Assembly: GCA_038087875.1 (NCBI GenBank)
Contig: CM075989.1
Span: 6,696,001-6,758,000, forward strand
DNA: 62,000 nt
Origin: Malacoraja senta
Taxonomy: Eukaryota
Direction: 5' to 3'
A program made the position numbers and the translations under genes. The notes below the pieces were generated by a model. That model was not told the origin of the DNA, searched no databases, and saw nothing but the letters and a program-made list of their open reading frames with translations. This document shows, in pieces, positions 24,059 through 36,237 of the stretch (the stretch's first letter is position 1; the number at the start of each line of letters is the position of its first letter).

Positions 24059-26669
24059 AACCAAGCCGTCCACAAGGTACAGCTACAGGATAAAGGGAAT
24101 AACGAACGTTCAGTGCAAGAGCATGGTGGGAGTAAGAAATGTTACTGTTGGAGTAGAGGTTTAAAACATGGAGCGATTGCAATGAATGATTGCAGATCTA
24201 CTTCTGGGACCAGCACACAAAGTGTCGCCTGGCTTCAGTGCCATCTTGTTGTATTTATCATCACCGTATGTACGCTGCTTACTCTGTGAGCTTCTTGCGA
24301 ACAAGGAACTTGATTGTACCCTGGCGAATATGATAATAAACTGATCCGAATCTGTATCTGATTCTCAAATAACTACAGGCTTGGTTATTGCACTGAAGGT
24401 GATGCTGATTTGTTGTCACTGACGACTGCCTTCATTAAAAGATGACTTCAGACACATAAAGCAGAATTTCACCTTGGACTCTCATCATGCGAGGACAGTG
24501 CTGCAGGACCAGGTCCTGGTGGTAAAAGACCTTTGCTTTGCAGCTGTTAAATGTAAGATCCATCCTCTCCCATGTTTGAGTGAATTGTCCTTATCAACCC
24601 TCTCCAATTAACTCCAGGGCAGCACAGTGGCATGGCTGGTAGAGCTGCTCCTCACTGCCAGACTTTAATTTATTTAGTTTAGTTTAGAGATACAGCACAG
24701 AAACAGGCCCTTCGGCCCACCATGTCCGTGCCGACCAGCGATCACCCCATACACTAGCTCTATCCTACACACACCAGGGACAATTTACAATTTTTAGTGA
24801 AACTAATTCACCTACAAACCTGTAGGTCTTTGGAGTGTGGGAAGAAACTGGAGCACCCAGAGACAACCCACACAGGTCACAGGGTGAACGTGCAAACTCC
24901 ATACAGACAGCATCCCTAGTCAGAATCAGTCCCTAGTCTCTATCTCTGTAAGGCAGCAACTCTACCGCTGCACCACCATGCTGCCCTGAGGCCAGAGTTT
25001 GATTTGTGACCTCCGGTGCTCACTGTGTGGAGTTTGCATGTTCTCTCTGGGACCACCTGGGTTTCCTCCAGGTGCCTTGATTTCCCCCCACAACCCAAAG
25101 ACATGCAGGTTTGTAAGTTAATTGTCCCTCTGTAAATTGCCTCTAATGGGTAAGGAGTGGATGAGAAAGTGGAATAACACTGAACTAGCATGAACGTGGT
25201 CAGTGTGGACTCGGTGGGCCGAACGGCCTGTTTCCATGCTGCATCTGTAAACTACACTAAACTGTAAGAGTGGTAATGAAGAAAGTGCTAGCAAGGCATT
25301 CTGTGGCTGCTGTAGCAAGGTTGGGTATGGTAGCACAGTGGCAAATTGATGGTACTAGTTATTAAAGGCTCAATATTGATTCAAGACAGGACTTCTACAT
25401 CTCAGCAAAGCAACTATTGAATTTAAATTGAAGTTGTTGAATAAATCTTGATTGGAGATGCTGACCATATGAATGCCAGATTAGTGCAAGTGTGCATGTT
25501 CTCTAACCTCCCTCCCAGAAGAACATTTATCATCCTCGGGTACACAAAAATGCTGGAGAAACTCAGCGGGTGCAGCAGCATCTATGGGGCGAAGGAGATA
25601 GGCAACGTTTCGGGCCGAAATCCTTCTTCAGACTGATAGAGGGTGGAGGGAGGCTGGGAGCATCCTCATTTGGTTTGACCGTTCTGGGGGTTGGGGTGGA
25701 GGGTGCGACAATGTTATCAGGGAACTAAATCATCCTACCAACAACTAGAGCGCAGTCCTGAGCTACCATCTAGCTCACTGGAGACCCTCGGACTATCTCT
25801 GGTCGGACTTTACTGGCTTTATCTTGCACCAAAGGTTATTCACGTTATTCCCTTTTTCATGTATCTCTACACTGTGCAGGGTTCAAGTGAATTAAAGGGC
25901 GCACTTTTAGAAAGGAGGTGAGGAGGAACTTCTTTAGTCAGAGAGTAGTTAATCTGTGGAACTCATGGCCACAGAGGGCTGTGGAGGCCAAGTCACTGGA
26001 TATTTTTAAGGCAGAGATAGACAAATTCTTGATTAGAACGGGTGTCAAGGGTTATGGGGAGAAGGCAGGATAACGGGATTAGGAGGCAGAGATCAGCCAT
26101 GATTGAATGGTGGAGTGGACTCAATGGGCCGAATGGCCTAATTCTAGTCCTATAACTTGTGAACTTGTAATCATGTATTGTCTTTCTCTTGACTGGTTAG
26201 CACACCACAGAAGCTTTTCACTCTACCTCCATACACGTGATAGACTAAACTAAACTGAACAGTGAAACAGCTGAAAGAGCAGCTGCCTCACAGCTCTAGT
26301 GATGTCAGTTCAATTCTGAGCCCCGATGCTATCTGTGCGGAGTTTGCACATTCGCCCCGACCACGTTCTCCCCGTGACCGTGTGGGTTTTCTCCGGGTGC
26401 TCTGGTTTCCTCCCACATTCCAACGATATACAGGTTTGTAGGTTAATTGGCTTCAGTAAAATTGTTAAAACAAAGTCCCTAGTGTGTGGGATAATGCTAG
26501 TGTAGGGGGGATCGCTGGTCGGTGGGCCGAAGGCCTGTTTCCACGCTGTATCTTTAAACTAAACTCAACCAAACAGAAGTCAATCACTTATTTGTCACCA
26601 AGTCCTGTCCAACTATGGTTCTCATTTCACTCAGGGGGCAGTTTAGGCACTTACAAGCATGCTAATAGT

Positions 26670-27203
26670 TTCCAGGTGCGGCAGAGGTTCACCTGCACCT
26701 CCTCCAACCTCATCTATTGCATCCGCTGCTCTAGGTGTCAGCTGCTCTACATCGGTGAGACCAAGCGTAGGCTTGGCGATCGCTTCGCCCAACACCTCCG
26801 CTCGGTTCGCAATAACCAACCTGATCTCCCGGTGGCTCAGCACTTCAACTCCCCCTCCCATTCGGAATCCGACCTTTCTGTCCTGGGCCTCCTCCATGGC
26901 CAGAGTGAGGCCCACTGTAAATTGGAGGAGCAGCACCTCATATTTCGCTTGGGCAGTTTGCACCCCAGTGGTACGAACATTGACTTCTCCAATTTCAGGT
27001 AGTCCCTGCTTTCTCCTCCCCTTCTCAGCTCTCCCTCAGCTCACTGGCTCCACCTCTTTCTTTCTTCCTTCCACCCCCCCCTCCCCCCTCCCCCCACCCT
27101 CACATCAGTCTGAAGAAGGGTTTCGACCCGAAACGTTGCCTATTTCCTTCGCTCCATAGATGCTGCCTCACCCGCTGAGTTTCTCCAGCATTTTTGTCTA
27201 CCT
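26670..27203 (+). mobile_element. Penelope-like element 3' fragment (GIY-YIG endonuclease plus pLTR)
   Basis: FTCTSSNLIYCIRCSRCQLLYIGETKRRLGDRFAQH...PVAQHFN, followed by a CTGAAGAAGGG..CCCGAAACG repeat. Confidence 0.9.
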
Positions 27204-27817
27204 AAACTAAACTAAACTTGTGTACAGGAAATGCTGACTGATGAGCCACTTACAATCCTTTCACAGTTTCCTGTGAGATATTAATACTTATTGTTGAGTC
27301 CATAAGCATTTCTCAGGCACTGTCTCAGTGGATTCAAGCATGTCCCTGAATGGCACTGAGCTTTGTACAACACACCAGCTTGGCTGAACTTCTGGACTGT
27401 CCCGATGACAGAAGGCATGGCCACAGGCAGACAAGAAACGACTGTTGTGCCACAGGGAAGACGTATGAGAGAGACAGCGAGGGAGAAGTAAAATAGAGAT
27501 TCTGGGAAATTCTGGGAACAAATTCTAACAAACTCTGTTGGGAACTGTGTGTGTGTGTTTAAGTGCAGGAAAGAACTGCAGATGCTGGCTTCAATCGAAG
27601 ATAAACACAAAATGCTGGAGTAACTCAGCGGGACACGCAGCGTCCCTGGAGAGAAGGAATGGGTGACGTTTCGGGTCGAGACCCTTCTGTCACTCTGATC
27701 ATGTTATGTATATTTATATATGTGTTATTGAATTAGAGTCCCTTAGACAAGCAGGATTGTAATCACTCCTCCACTGACACTACGTAGCCTACATTCCTTC
27801 TATATCTCTCGTTTCCC

Positions 27818-28536
27818 TTCAAGATTCAAGAGAGTTTATTGTCATGTGTCCCAGATTGGACAATGAAATTCTTGCTTTGCTTCAACACAACAGAATATAG
27901 TAGGTATAAATAAATACAAAGCAGAACAGATCAGTGTGACTATATACCAATAAATATATATATATACACACATAAATAAACAGATAAAGTGCAATGGGCT
28001 ATTTAACGATCAGAGTTTTGTTTGAGTTGAGTTTAATAGCCTGATGGGTGTGGGGAAGCAGCTATTCCTGAACCTAGATGTTGCAGATTTCAGGCTGCTG
28101 TACTTTCTTCCTGAAGGCAGCGGGGAGATGAGTGAGGGGCCAGGATGGTGTGGGTCCTTGATGATGTTGGCAGCCTTTTTGAGGCAGCGACTGTGATAGA
28201 TCCCCTCGATGGTAGGGAGGTCAGAGCAGATGATGGACTGGGCAGTGTTTACCACTTTTTACAGATTTTTCCGCTCCTGGGCGCTCAAGTTGCCGAACCA
28301 GGCCACGATGCAACCGGTCAGCATGCTCTCTACTGTGCACCTGTAGAAGTTCGAGAGAGTCCTCCTTGTCATACCGACTCTCCGTAATCTTCTCAGGAAG
28401 TAGAGGCGCTGATGTGCTTTCTTTATAATTGCATCCGTGTTCTCGGACCAGGAGAGATCTTCAGAGATATGCACGCCCAGGAATTTGAAGCTCTTGACCC
28501 TCTCCACCATCGACCCGTTGATATAAACGGGACTGC
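27818..28536 (-). mobile_element. Rex1/Babar LINE 3' fragment
   Basis: VERVKSFKFLGVHISEDLSW...KAHQRLYFLRRL...SRFRNSCFPTPIRLLN; (CTTGAAT)n tail. Confidence 0.88.
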
Positions 28537-29554
28537 CCCTGACTCTCAGTCTCAACAAGGGGTCTCCACCCAAAACGTCACCTATTTCTTTTCTCCAGAA
28601 ATGCTGCTTGACCCGCTGAGTTACTCCAGCTTTTTGAGCCTGAAGAAGGGTCGACCCGAAACGTCACCTATTCCTTTCGCTCCATAGATGCTGTCTCACC
28701 CGCTGAGTTTCTCCAGCATTTTTGTCCACCTTCCAGCTTTTTGTGTCTATCTTCGGTTTAAACCGGCTCCTGCAGTTCCTTCCTACACATATTGTGTGAA
28801 CCTCTAATGTCTGAAATACCTTCCCCGCACCTTTTCCCTCTCCAACTCTCCGCATTCTTTGAAGACTGTCCTAATATATCCTTTTGTAGCACAGCGTCTA
28901 AATGTTGCTTGAAAACCCATTGAGAAGTGCCTTGTGTTGTCTTAAAGTGTTAAAAATCCTAGTTAAATGCAAGTTGTTGCCAGTGCAAGTGTGTCAGCAT
29001 GTATATGTATGTGTATATATATATTTGCATGCTTTTATGTTTTTGTCTGTGTGTGTGTGTGTGTGTGTGCATGTGTGTATGTGTATCTGTGTGCGTGGAT
29101 GTCATAGAGTGATATAGCGTGGAAACAGGCCCTTTAACCCACTTGCCCACACTGCCAACATGTCCCAGCTGCACTAATCCCACCTGCCCACGTTTGGTCC
29201 ATCTCACTCCAAACCTGTCCTATCCATGTACCTGTCTAACTGTTTCTTAAACATTGGTATAGTCCCTGCCTCAACTACCTCCTCTGGCAGCTTGTTCCAT
29301 GCACCCACTACCCTTTGTGTGAAAAAGTTACCCTTCAGATTCAGATTAAATCTTCTCTCCTTCTGATCTTTTGTCCTCTGGTCCTCGATTCACCTACTCT
29401 GGGCAAGAGATTCTGTGCGGCTACCCGATCTATTCTCTCAAGATTTTACACATGTGCGTGTATTTTTGTGTGTGTGCATGCGTGTATGGGTTTGTATGTG
29501 TGTATTGGTGTGTATATGTGCATGTATATGTATCTGTGTGTATACGATATGATA

Positions 29555-30425
29555 GAACTTTATTTATGCCAGGAGGAAAATTGAGTCATAAAAACACAAA
29601 ATACATGAAACATGAAAGTGACGATTGAAAAGGATTGGGGATGTGCAAAGATTTGTGGAGGGGGGGAGTCAGTCTACCCCACGACAGAAGGGGGAGGGGT
29701 TGTACAGTTTGATAGCCACAGGGAAGAAGGATCTCCTGTGGCGTTCTGTGCTGCATCTTGGTGGAACCAGTCTGTTGCTGAAGGTGCTCCTCAGGTTGAC
29801 CAGCTTGTCATGGAGGGGGTGAGCTGTATTGACCAGGATGCTCCACAGTTTGAGGAGCATCCTCCCCTTCAAGACCACCTCCCATGAATCCAACCCCGCC
29901 CCCAGGACAGAGCCAGCCTTCCTGATGAGTTTGTTGATCCTATTGGTGTCCGCAGCCTTCGCCCTGCTGCCCCAGCACACGGCAGTGAAGAAGATGGCAC
30001 TGTCTACCACCTATTGGTAGAACATCTGCAGCATCTTATTGCAGATGTTGCAGGAGGGGAGCCTTTTCAAAATGTACAGCCGGCCATGTCCCTTCTTGTA
30101 CAGGGCCTCAGCGTTCCTGGACCAGTCCAGTTTACTGTCCAGGTACATTCCAAGGTATTTGTACTCCCTGGTAAACTGCACATCCACACCATTGATGGAA
30201 ACAGCGGACAGGGGCGTTCCTCTCCTCCTAAAGTCCACCACCAACTCCTTCGTCTTGTCGGTGTGGAGCTGCAGGTGATTCAGCCCACACCCCTCAACAG
30301 TCATTGACTACACCTCTGTATTCAGCTTCCCTCCCCTCACTGATGCAGCCCACAAATGCAGAGTCATCTGAAAACCTCTGCAGGTGGCAGGAGACGGAGT
30401 TATATCTGAAGTCCGAGGTGTAGAT
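29555..30425 (-). mobile_element. Rex1/Babar LINE RT fragment within a TG microsatellite
   Basis: FSDDSA, KTKELVVDFRR, YKYLG, RRSFFPVAIKLYN. Confidence 0.85.
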
Positions 30426-30730
30426 GGTGTATGTGTATCTGTGTATGTGCATGTGTATGTGTATCTGTGTGTGTGCATGTGTATGTGTATCAGTGTGTGT
30501 GCATGTGTATGTGTATCTGTGTGTGTGCATGTGTATGTGTATCTGTATATGGATGTGTGTGTGTGGCGTGCGTGTGCGCGTGTGTGTGTGTGTGCGTGCG
30601 TGTGTGTGTGCGTGCGTGTGTGTGCATGCATGTGTATCTGTGTATGGGTTTGTGTATGAGTATATGTGTATGGGTTTGTGTGTATGTGTGTGCGTGCGTG
30701 TGTGCATGCACATGAGTGTGAGTGAGTGCT
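30426..30730. repeat. TG-rich compound microsatellite
   Basis: (TG)n with TGTATG/TGCATG variants; related tracts at about 29000-29100 and 29450-29545. Confidence 0.92.
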
Positions 30731-31854
30731 AACAAACATGGCCAAAGCATTATTAACATCTATCCTTCACCAATTGAAGCTTCTAGCGTGAAATGGCCTC
30801 CATATAACTGCATCTTCACAAGGACATTAGCATTAGGAATTTTAAAAAGAACGAGATCTGAACCAGATTTTTTTTTAAGCTCTAGGGTCAATCATTAGTT
30901 TTTTTCTCCACAAATAAGGAGATATTACTCCTTCACTAATACTAAAAGTATTCTCATGGTAACTAATGGTTAGAAATGATTGAGAGCAGCATTAATTTCT
31001 TCCTCACTGTCATATTGGTGACACCAGTCCCGGAGGGTCCAATTTAACTCCAGTGAAAGAGCGAGAGAGATTGTAATTCAAAATACTGACTGCATAATCA
31101 CAGCTCAATCCATATTGATTCATTCTGTTTCTGTGTTATGACCATGGCCCAAAACACAAAATGAGCAAAATGAAAAGCCAATTACAGTTTGAGTAATAAA
31201 AAGGATGAAAATATTCTACAAAAAAACCCATATGTGATGATAAGGTGCGTAGGAGGAAAGGTCCATAAACTTTCTCCATCCACCTTCTGTTAATCATTGG
31301 AGACTTCTTTTTGATGTTGCCTTGTCTAATTAAATGGAATCGGGGTTGTTCTGGGGAAGTAGCTAGGGTGCAATCCTTCACCCCGTGCCAATACCAGGGG
31401 TATTGTTCGCAATTCAAATCATCGAAGGTCAAAGTGTAATCACTGCATTGTGACCTTTCCAGCGATTTCTGTTTGACATCAGCGGTGATATATAATGCAG
31501 GGCTGCGTCCTCAGAGTGATTCAGTTGACCAGCAACCACCTTTTACTTGCGTCTAATTTATAATAAGGGCGACTTTTGGATGCCCTGCTTTGTCACTCGT
31601 GGAATATTTGATGATTTGGTGACCATTAAGCTCCGTCTTCTCTGAATCGTCCGTCAGGAATATATTCTCATCAGATGCGAGTGTAATTAATCACTGCGGG
31701 TCTACAGATCCGACAGCTTTCTCAGCAGAATGGCTCACACTAGGAGATCCGTTCCTTTAAAAAAAGTATCATTAACCACGTTTTGGTTTTTAATGGGGTG
31801 GGTTGTTGCTTTGGACGTCATTCAGTCCCAGGTCGAACTCAGCTGCAACATATC

Positions 31855-32326
31855 ATTGAATGCGGAAAAGACTACAAAAAGTAGTAAACACTGCCCAGTC
31901 CATCATCGGTTCTGACCTCCCTCCCATCGAGGGGATCTATCGCAGCCGCTGCCTCAAAAAGGCTGGCAGTATCATCAAGGACCCACACCATCCTGGCCAC
32001 GCACTCATCTCCCCGCTACCTTCAGGTAGAAGGTACAGGAGCCTGAAGACTGCAACGACCAGGTTCAGGAATAGCTACTTCCCCACAGCCATCAGGCTAT
32101 TAAACTTGGCTCGGACAAAACTATGAACATTAATAGCCCATTATCTGTTATTTGCACTTCATCAGTTTATTTATTCGTGTGTGTATATATTTATATAATG
32201 GTATATGGACACACTGATCTGTTTTGTAGTCAATGCCTACTATGTTCTGTTGTGCTGAAACAAAGCAAGAATTTCATTGTCCTATCAGGGACACATGACA
32301 ATAAACTCTCTTGAATCTTGAATCTT
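31855..32326 (+). mobile_element. Rex1/Babar LINE 3' fragment
   Basis: LQKVVNTAQSIIG...KDPHHPGH...TTRFRNSYFPTAIRLLN; CTTGAAT tail. Confidence 0.88.
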
Positions 32327-32386
32327 AAATGAATTCCACATTGCACGATCCAACACGGTCAGGTCAGCTAGATGGATTGCAGAAAC

Positions 32387-32700
32387 CGGGCGGCACAGTG
32401 GCTCAGCGGTAGCGTTGCTGCCTTACAGCACCAGAGACAGGGGTTCGATCCTGACTACGGGTGCTAGCTGTACGGAGTTTGTACGTTCTCCCCGTGACCT
32501 GCGGGGGTTTTCCACGGGATCTCCGGTTTCCTCCCACACTCCAAAGACGTACAGGTTTCTAGGTTAATTGGCTTGATATGATTGTAAATTGTCCCTCGTG
32601 TGTGTCGGATAGTCTTTGTGAGCGGGGATCTCTGAACGGCGCAGACTCGGTGGGCCGAAGGACCTGTTTCCACGCCATATCTCTAAACTAAACTAAACTG
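32387..32700 (+). mobile_element. HE1-like V-SINE
   Basis: Full copy with (CTAAA)n tail; further copies at about 33338, 37106, 37820 and 40255(-). Confidence 0.85.
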
Positions 32701-34620
32701 TACTAAAATGGAGCTGGCTTGATTTACAGGTGCTGATGTAACATTGCAGATTGGCAACACAAGGGAAGACCGCAGGAGGAGGATGCTTGGCTCCTTGTGC
32801 CTGCTCCTTCATTCAGTAAGATCATGGATGATGTTTCATCCCTGCATCATCTTGCTGCAATGAATCCAAATGCCTTGATGGCCTTGATAACCAAAAATCT
32901 AACCATCAGGGTCTTCCACAGCTGAATCTCCGCAACATAATAATAAAGAGAACATTGATCTATCATCTCTGATAGTTTCAACCACTGCTGCAGATTTGTT
33001 GAAAGCCACGAGGCTTAAGTGAAAAAAAATCTTGTTAGACTTTGTACCTACGTTTTGGAAACCTTTAGAAGGAACTCAAAAGGCAGACGTACACTAATGT
33101 TTTCATCTGTTGAAATTAGGCACTTGTTTATAAAACACGAATTATTGGTGCTTATATTTTCACGTAATTCATACTTTACCTGAAGCAATGAAATTGTAAA
33201 ACGTAACAGTGCCTTAAGAATGGAATAAAAGACTCCAGTTTATTATTTTTTCATTATTGATTTAAAACCTACAGAAACACAACTAAAATAGTTTAAAAAT
33301 AACTAAAATAGGCAACACCTGTGGGAAGAGAAACTGTGGGGCAGCACAGTGGCACTGTTGGTAGAGCTTCTGCCTCACAGCACCAGCAACCCAGGTTCCA
33401 TCCTGACGTTGTGTGCTGCCTGTGTGGAGTTTGTACGTTCTCCATGAGACTGTGTGGGTTTCCTCCAGGTGCTCTGGATTCCTCCCTATCCCAAAGATGC
33501 GTGAGTTTGTAGGTTAATTGGGCCGCTGTAAAATTGTCCCAAGTGTGTAGGGAGTGGATGAAGTGGGATGACATCGACCTAGAGTGAACGGATGGGCAGT
33601 GTGGATTCGGTGGGCCGAAGAGCCTGTTCCCATGCTATATTTTTCATCAATCAATGTTTCAGACCTAAGACTCTTTGTCAGAATGGGAAAAGGGTCTCGG
33701 ACCTGAATGTTTCTCTTTCCATTGGCGTTGCCTCAACTGCTGAATGCATTTTGCATTCTCTGTTTTAATTTCGAATTTCCACCATCAATGTTTCATTTTA
33801 TTTTCATTTATTGAGGCAACGCTGAAAGCATTTAAACCCCAATTAAAATGTTGTTCCAAAACTGAGGTCCCCAAAAGATGGGGAATCACTTATCAACCAG
33901 TGCAAACCATAGACTGATTTATGCTGCAGGTGTACCATTGGGTCAATTGAAAGTTAATATCTGAAAACAGAAGAATTTGCAGATTGAATGTGTGGAAAGG
34001 AACTGCGGATGTTGGTAGATACTGAAGATAGACACAGAGTGCTGGAGTAACTCAGCGGGTCAGGCAGCATCTCTGGAGAAAAGGAATAGATGACGTTTCG
34101 GGTTGGGACCCTTCTTCAGATTGAGTGTAGAGGGGAGACAACAGGAAAAGGCCCAATTAGTTTTTTTCCGAGCTTTTCCTCCCCTCTAAGTTCTCTCCCC
34201 TCTACTTCCAGTCCGAAGAAAGGTCATGATCCGAAATGTCACCCATCCTTTTTCTCCAGAGAAGCTCGACTGATCGAGACCCACTCACTTACCCCAGAAC
34301 TTAGTGTCTATCTTCAGAACTTGCTGATTGTTGGGTGTTAGACAATAGACAATAGACAATAGGTGCAGGAGTAGGCCATTCGGCCCTTCGAGCCAGCACC
34401 ACCATTCAATGTGATCATGGCTGATCATCCAGCTTGTCGTCATAAGAAGCCTTGATGACATGCAGGAAATCACTAACCAAGTTGAAGATAGTTTGTATCG
34501 TTATTTTAGTTTAGAGATACAGCGCAGAAATAGACCCTTTGACCCACTGTGTTTGCACCGACCAATGGTCCCTGCACATTAACACTATTCTACACACACT
34601 AGGGACAATTTTTACATTTA

Positions 34621-36237
34621 TAGTGGCGTGCAAAAGTATTCATACCCCTTGAACTTTTCCACATTTTGTCACGTTACAACCACAAACGTAAATGTATTTT
34701 ATTGGGATTTTATGTGATAGACCAACACAAAGTGGCACATAATTGTGAAGTGGAAGGAAAATGATACATGGTTTTCAAATGTTTTTACAAATAAAAAACT
34801 AAAAAGTGTTGCGTGCAAAAGTATTCAGCCCCCTTTACTCTGATACCCCTAAATAAAATCCAGTGCAACCAATTGCCTTCAGAAGTCACCTAATTAGTAA
34901 ATAGCGTCCACTTGTGTGTAATCTAATCTCAGTATAAATACAGCTGTTCTGTAAAGGCCTCAGAGGTTTGTTAGAGAACATTAGTGAACAAACAGCATCA
35001 TGAAGCCTAAGGAACACACCAGACAGGTCAGGGATAAAGTTGTGGAGAAGTTTAAAGCAGGGTTAGGTTATAAACAAATATCCCAAGCTTTGAACATCTC
35101 ACGGAGCACTGTCCAATCCATCATCCGAAAATGGAAAGAGTATGGCACAACTGCAAACCTACCAAGACATGGCCGTCCACCTAAACTGACAGGCCGGGCA
35201 AGGAGAGCATTGATCAGAGAAGCAGCCAAGAGGCCCATGGTAACTCTGGAGGAGCTGCAGAGATCCACAGCTCAGGTGGGAGAATCTGTCCACGGGACAA
35301 CTATTAGTCGTGCACTCCACAAATCGGGCCTTTATGGAAGAGTGGCAAGAAGAAAGCCATTGTTGAAAAAAAGCCATAAGAAGTCCCGTTTGCAGTTTGC
35401 CACAAGCCATGTGGGGGACACAGCAAACATGTGGAGGAAGGTGCTCTGGTCAGATGAGACCAAAATTGAAGTTTTTGGCCTAAATGCAAAACGCTATGTG
35501 TGGCGGAATCCTAACACTGCACATCACCCTGAACACACCATCCCCACTGTGAAACATGGTGGTGGCAGCATCATGCTGTGGGGATGCTTTTCTTCAGCAG
35601 GGACAGGGAAGCTGGTCAGAGTTGATGGGAAGATGGATGGAGCCAAATACAGGGCAATCTTGGAAGAAAACCTGTTAGAGTCTGCAAAAGACTTGAGACT
35701 GGGGCGGAGGTTCACCTTTCAGCAGGACAACGACCCCAAACATACAGCCAGAGCTACAATGGAATGGTTTAGATCAAAGCATATTCATGTGTTAGAATGG
35801 CCCAGTCAAAGTCCAGACCTAAATCCAATTGAGAATCTCTGGCAAGACTTGAAAATTGCTGTTCACAGAGGCTCTCCATCCAATCTGACTGAGCTTGAGC
35901 TATTTTGCAAAGAAGAATGGGCAAAAATTTCAGTCTCTAGATGTGCAAAGCTGGTAGAGACATACCCCAAAAGACTTGCAGCTGTAATTGCAGTGAAAGG
36001 TGGTTCTACAAAGTATTGACTCAGGGAGGCTGAATACTTTTGCACGCCACACTTTTTCGTTTTTTATTTGTAAAAAAATTTGAAAACCATGTATCATTTT
36101 CCTTCCACTTCACAATTATGCACCACTTTGTGTTGGTCTATCCCATAAAATCCCAATAAAATACATTTACGTTTGTGATTGTAACGTGACAAAATGTGGA
36201 AAAGTTCAAGGGGTATGAATACTTTTGCAAGCAACTG
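34621..36237 (+). mobile_element. Full-length Tc1/mariner DNA transposon, Passport-like IR/DR type
   Basis: ~210-bp terminal inverted repeats (about 34621-34832 and 36024-36237), each carrying the direct repeat TGCAAAAGTATTCA at both ends. Inserted at a TA inside a minus-strand V-SINE (left flank TA, right flank TC, probably a mutated TA). Confidence 0.96.
35000..36019 (+). CDS. Tc1-family DD34E transposase, 339 aa, uninterrupted
   Basis: Paired-like HTH N-terminus with GRPPK; catalytic motifs WSDETK, FQQDNDPKH and SPDLNPIE, with 34 residues between the second D and E. C-terminus KGGSTKY; closely resembles Passport-type transposases as recalled. Confidence 0.97.
   Translation: MKPKEHTRQVRDKVVEKFKAGLGYKQISQALNISRSTVQSIIRKWKEYGTTANLPRHGRPPKLTGRARRALIREAAKRPMVTLEELQRSTAQVGESVHGTTISRALHKSGLYGRVARRKPLLKKSHKKSRLQFATSHVGDTANMWRKVLWSDETKIEVFGLNAKRYVWRNPNTAHHPEHTIPTVKHGGGSIMLWGCFSSAGTGKLVRVDGKMDGAKYRAILEENLLESAKDLRLGRRFTFQQDNDPKHTARATMEWFRSKHIHVLEWPSQSPDLNPIENLWQDLKIAVHRGSPSNLTELELFCKEEWAKISVSRCAKLVETYPKRLAAVIAVKGGSTKY

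Noticed and set aside
30294..30759. His/Thr- and Cys/Val-rich ORFs
   Set aside because: Translations of a (TG)n tract.
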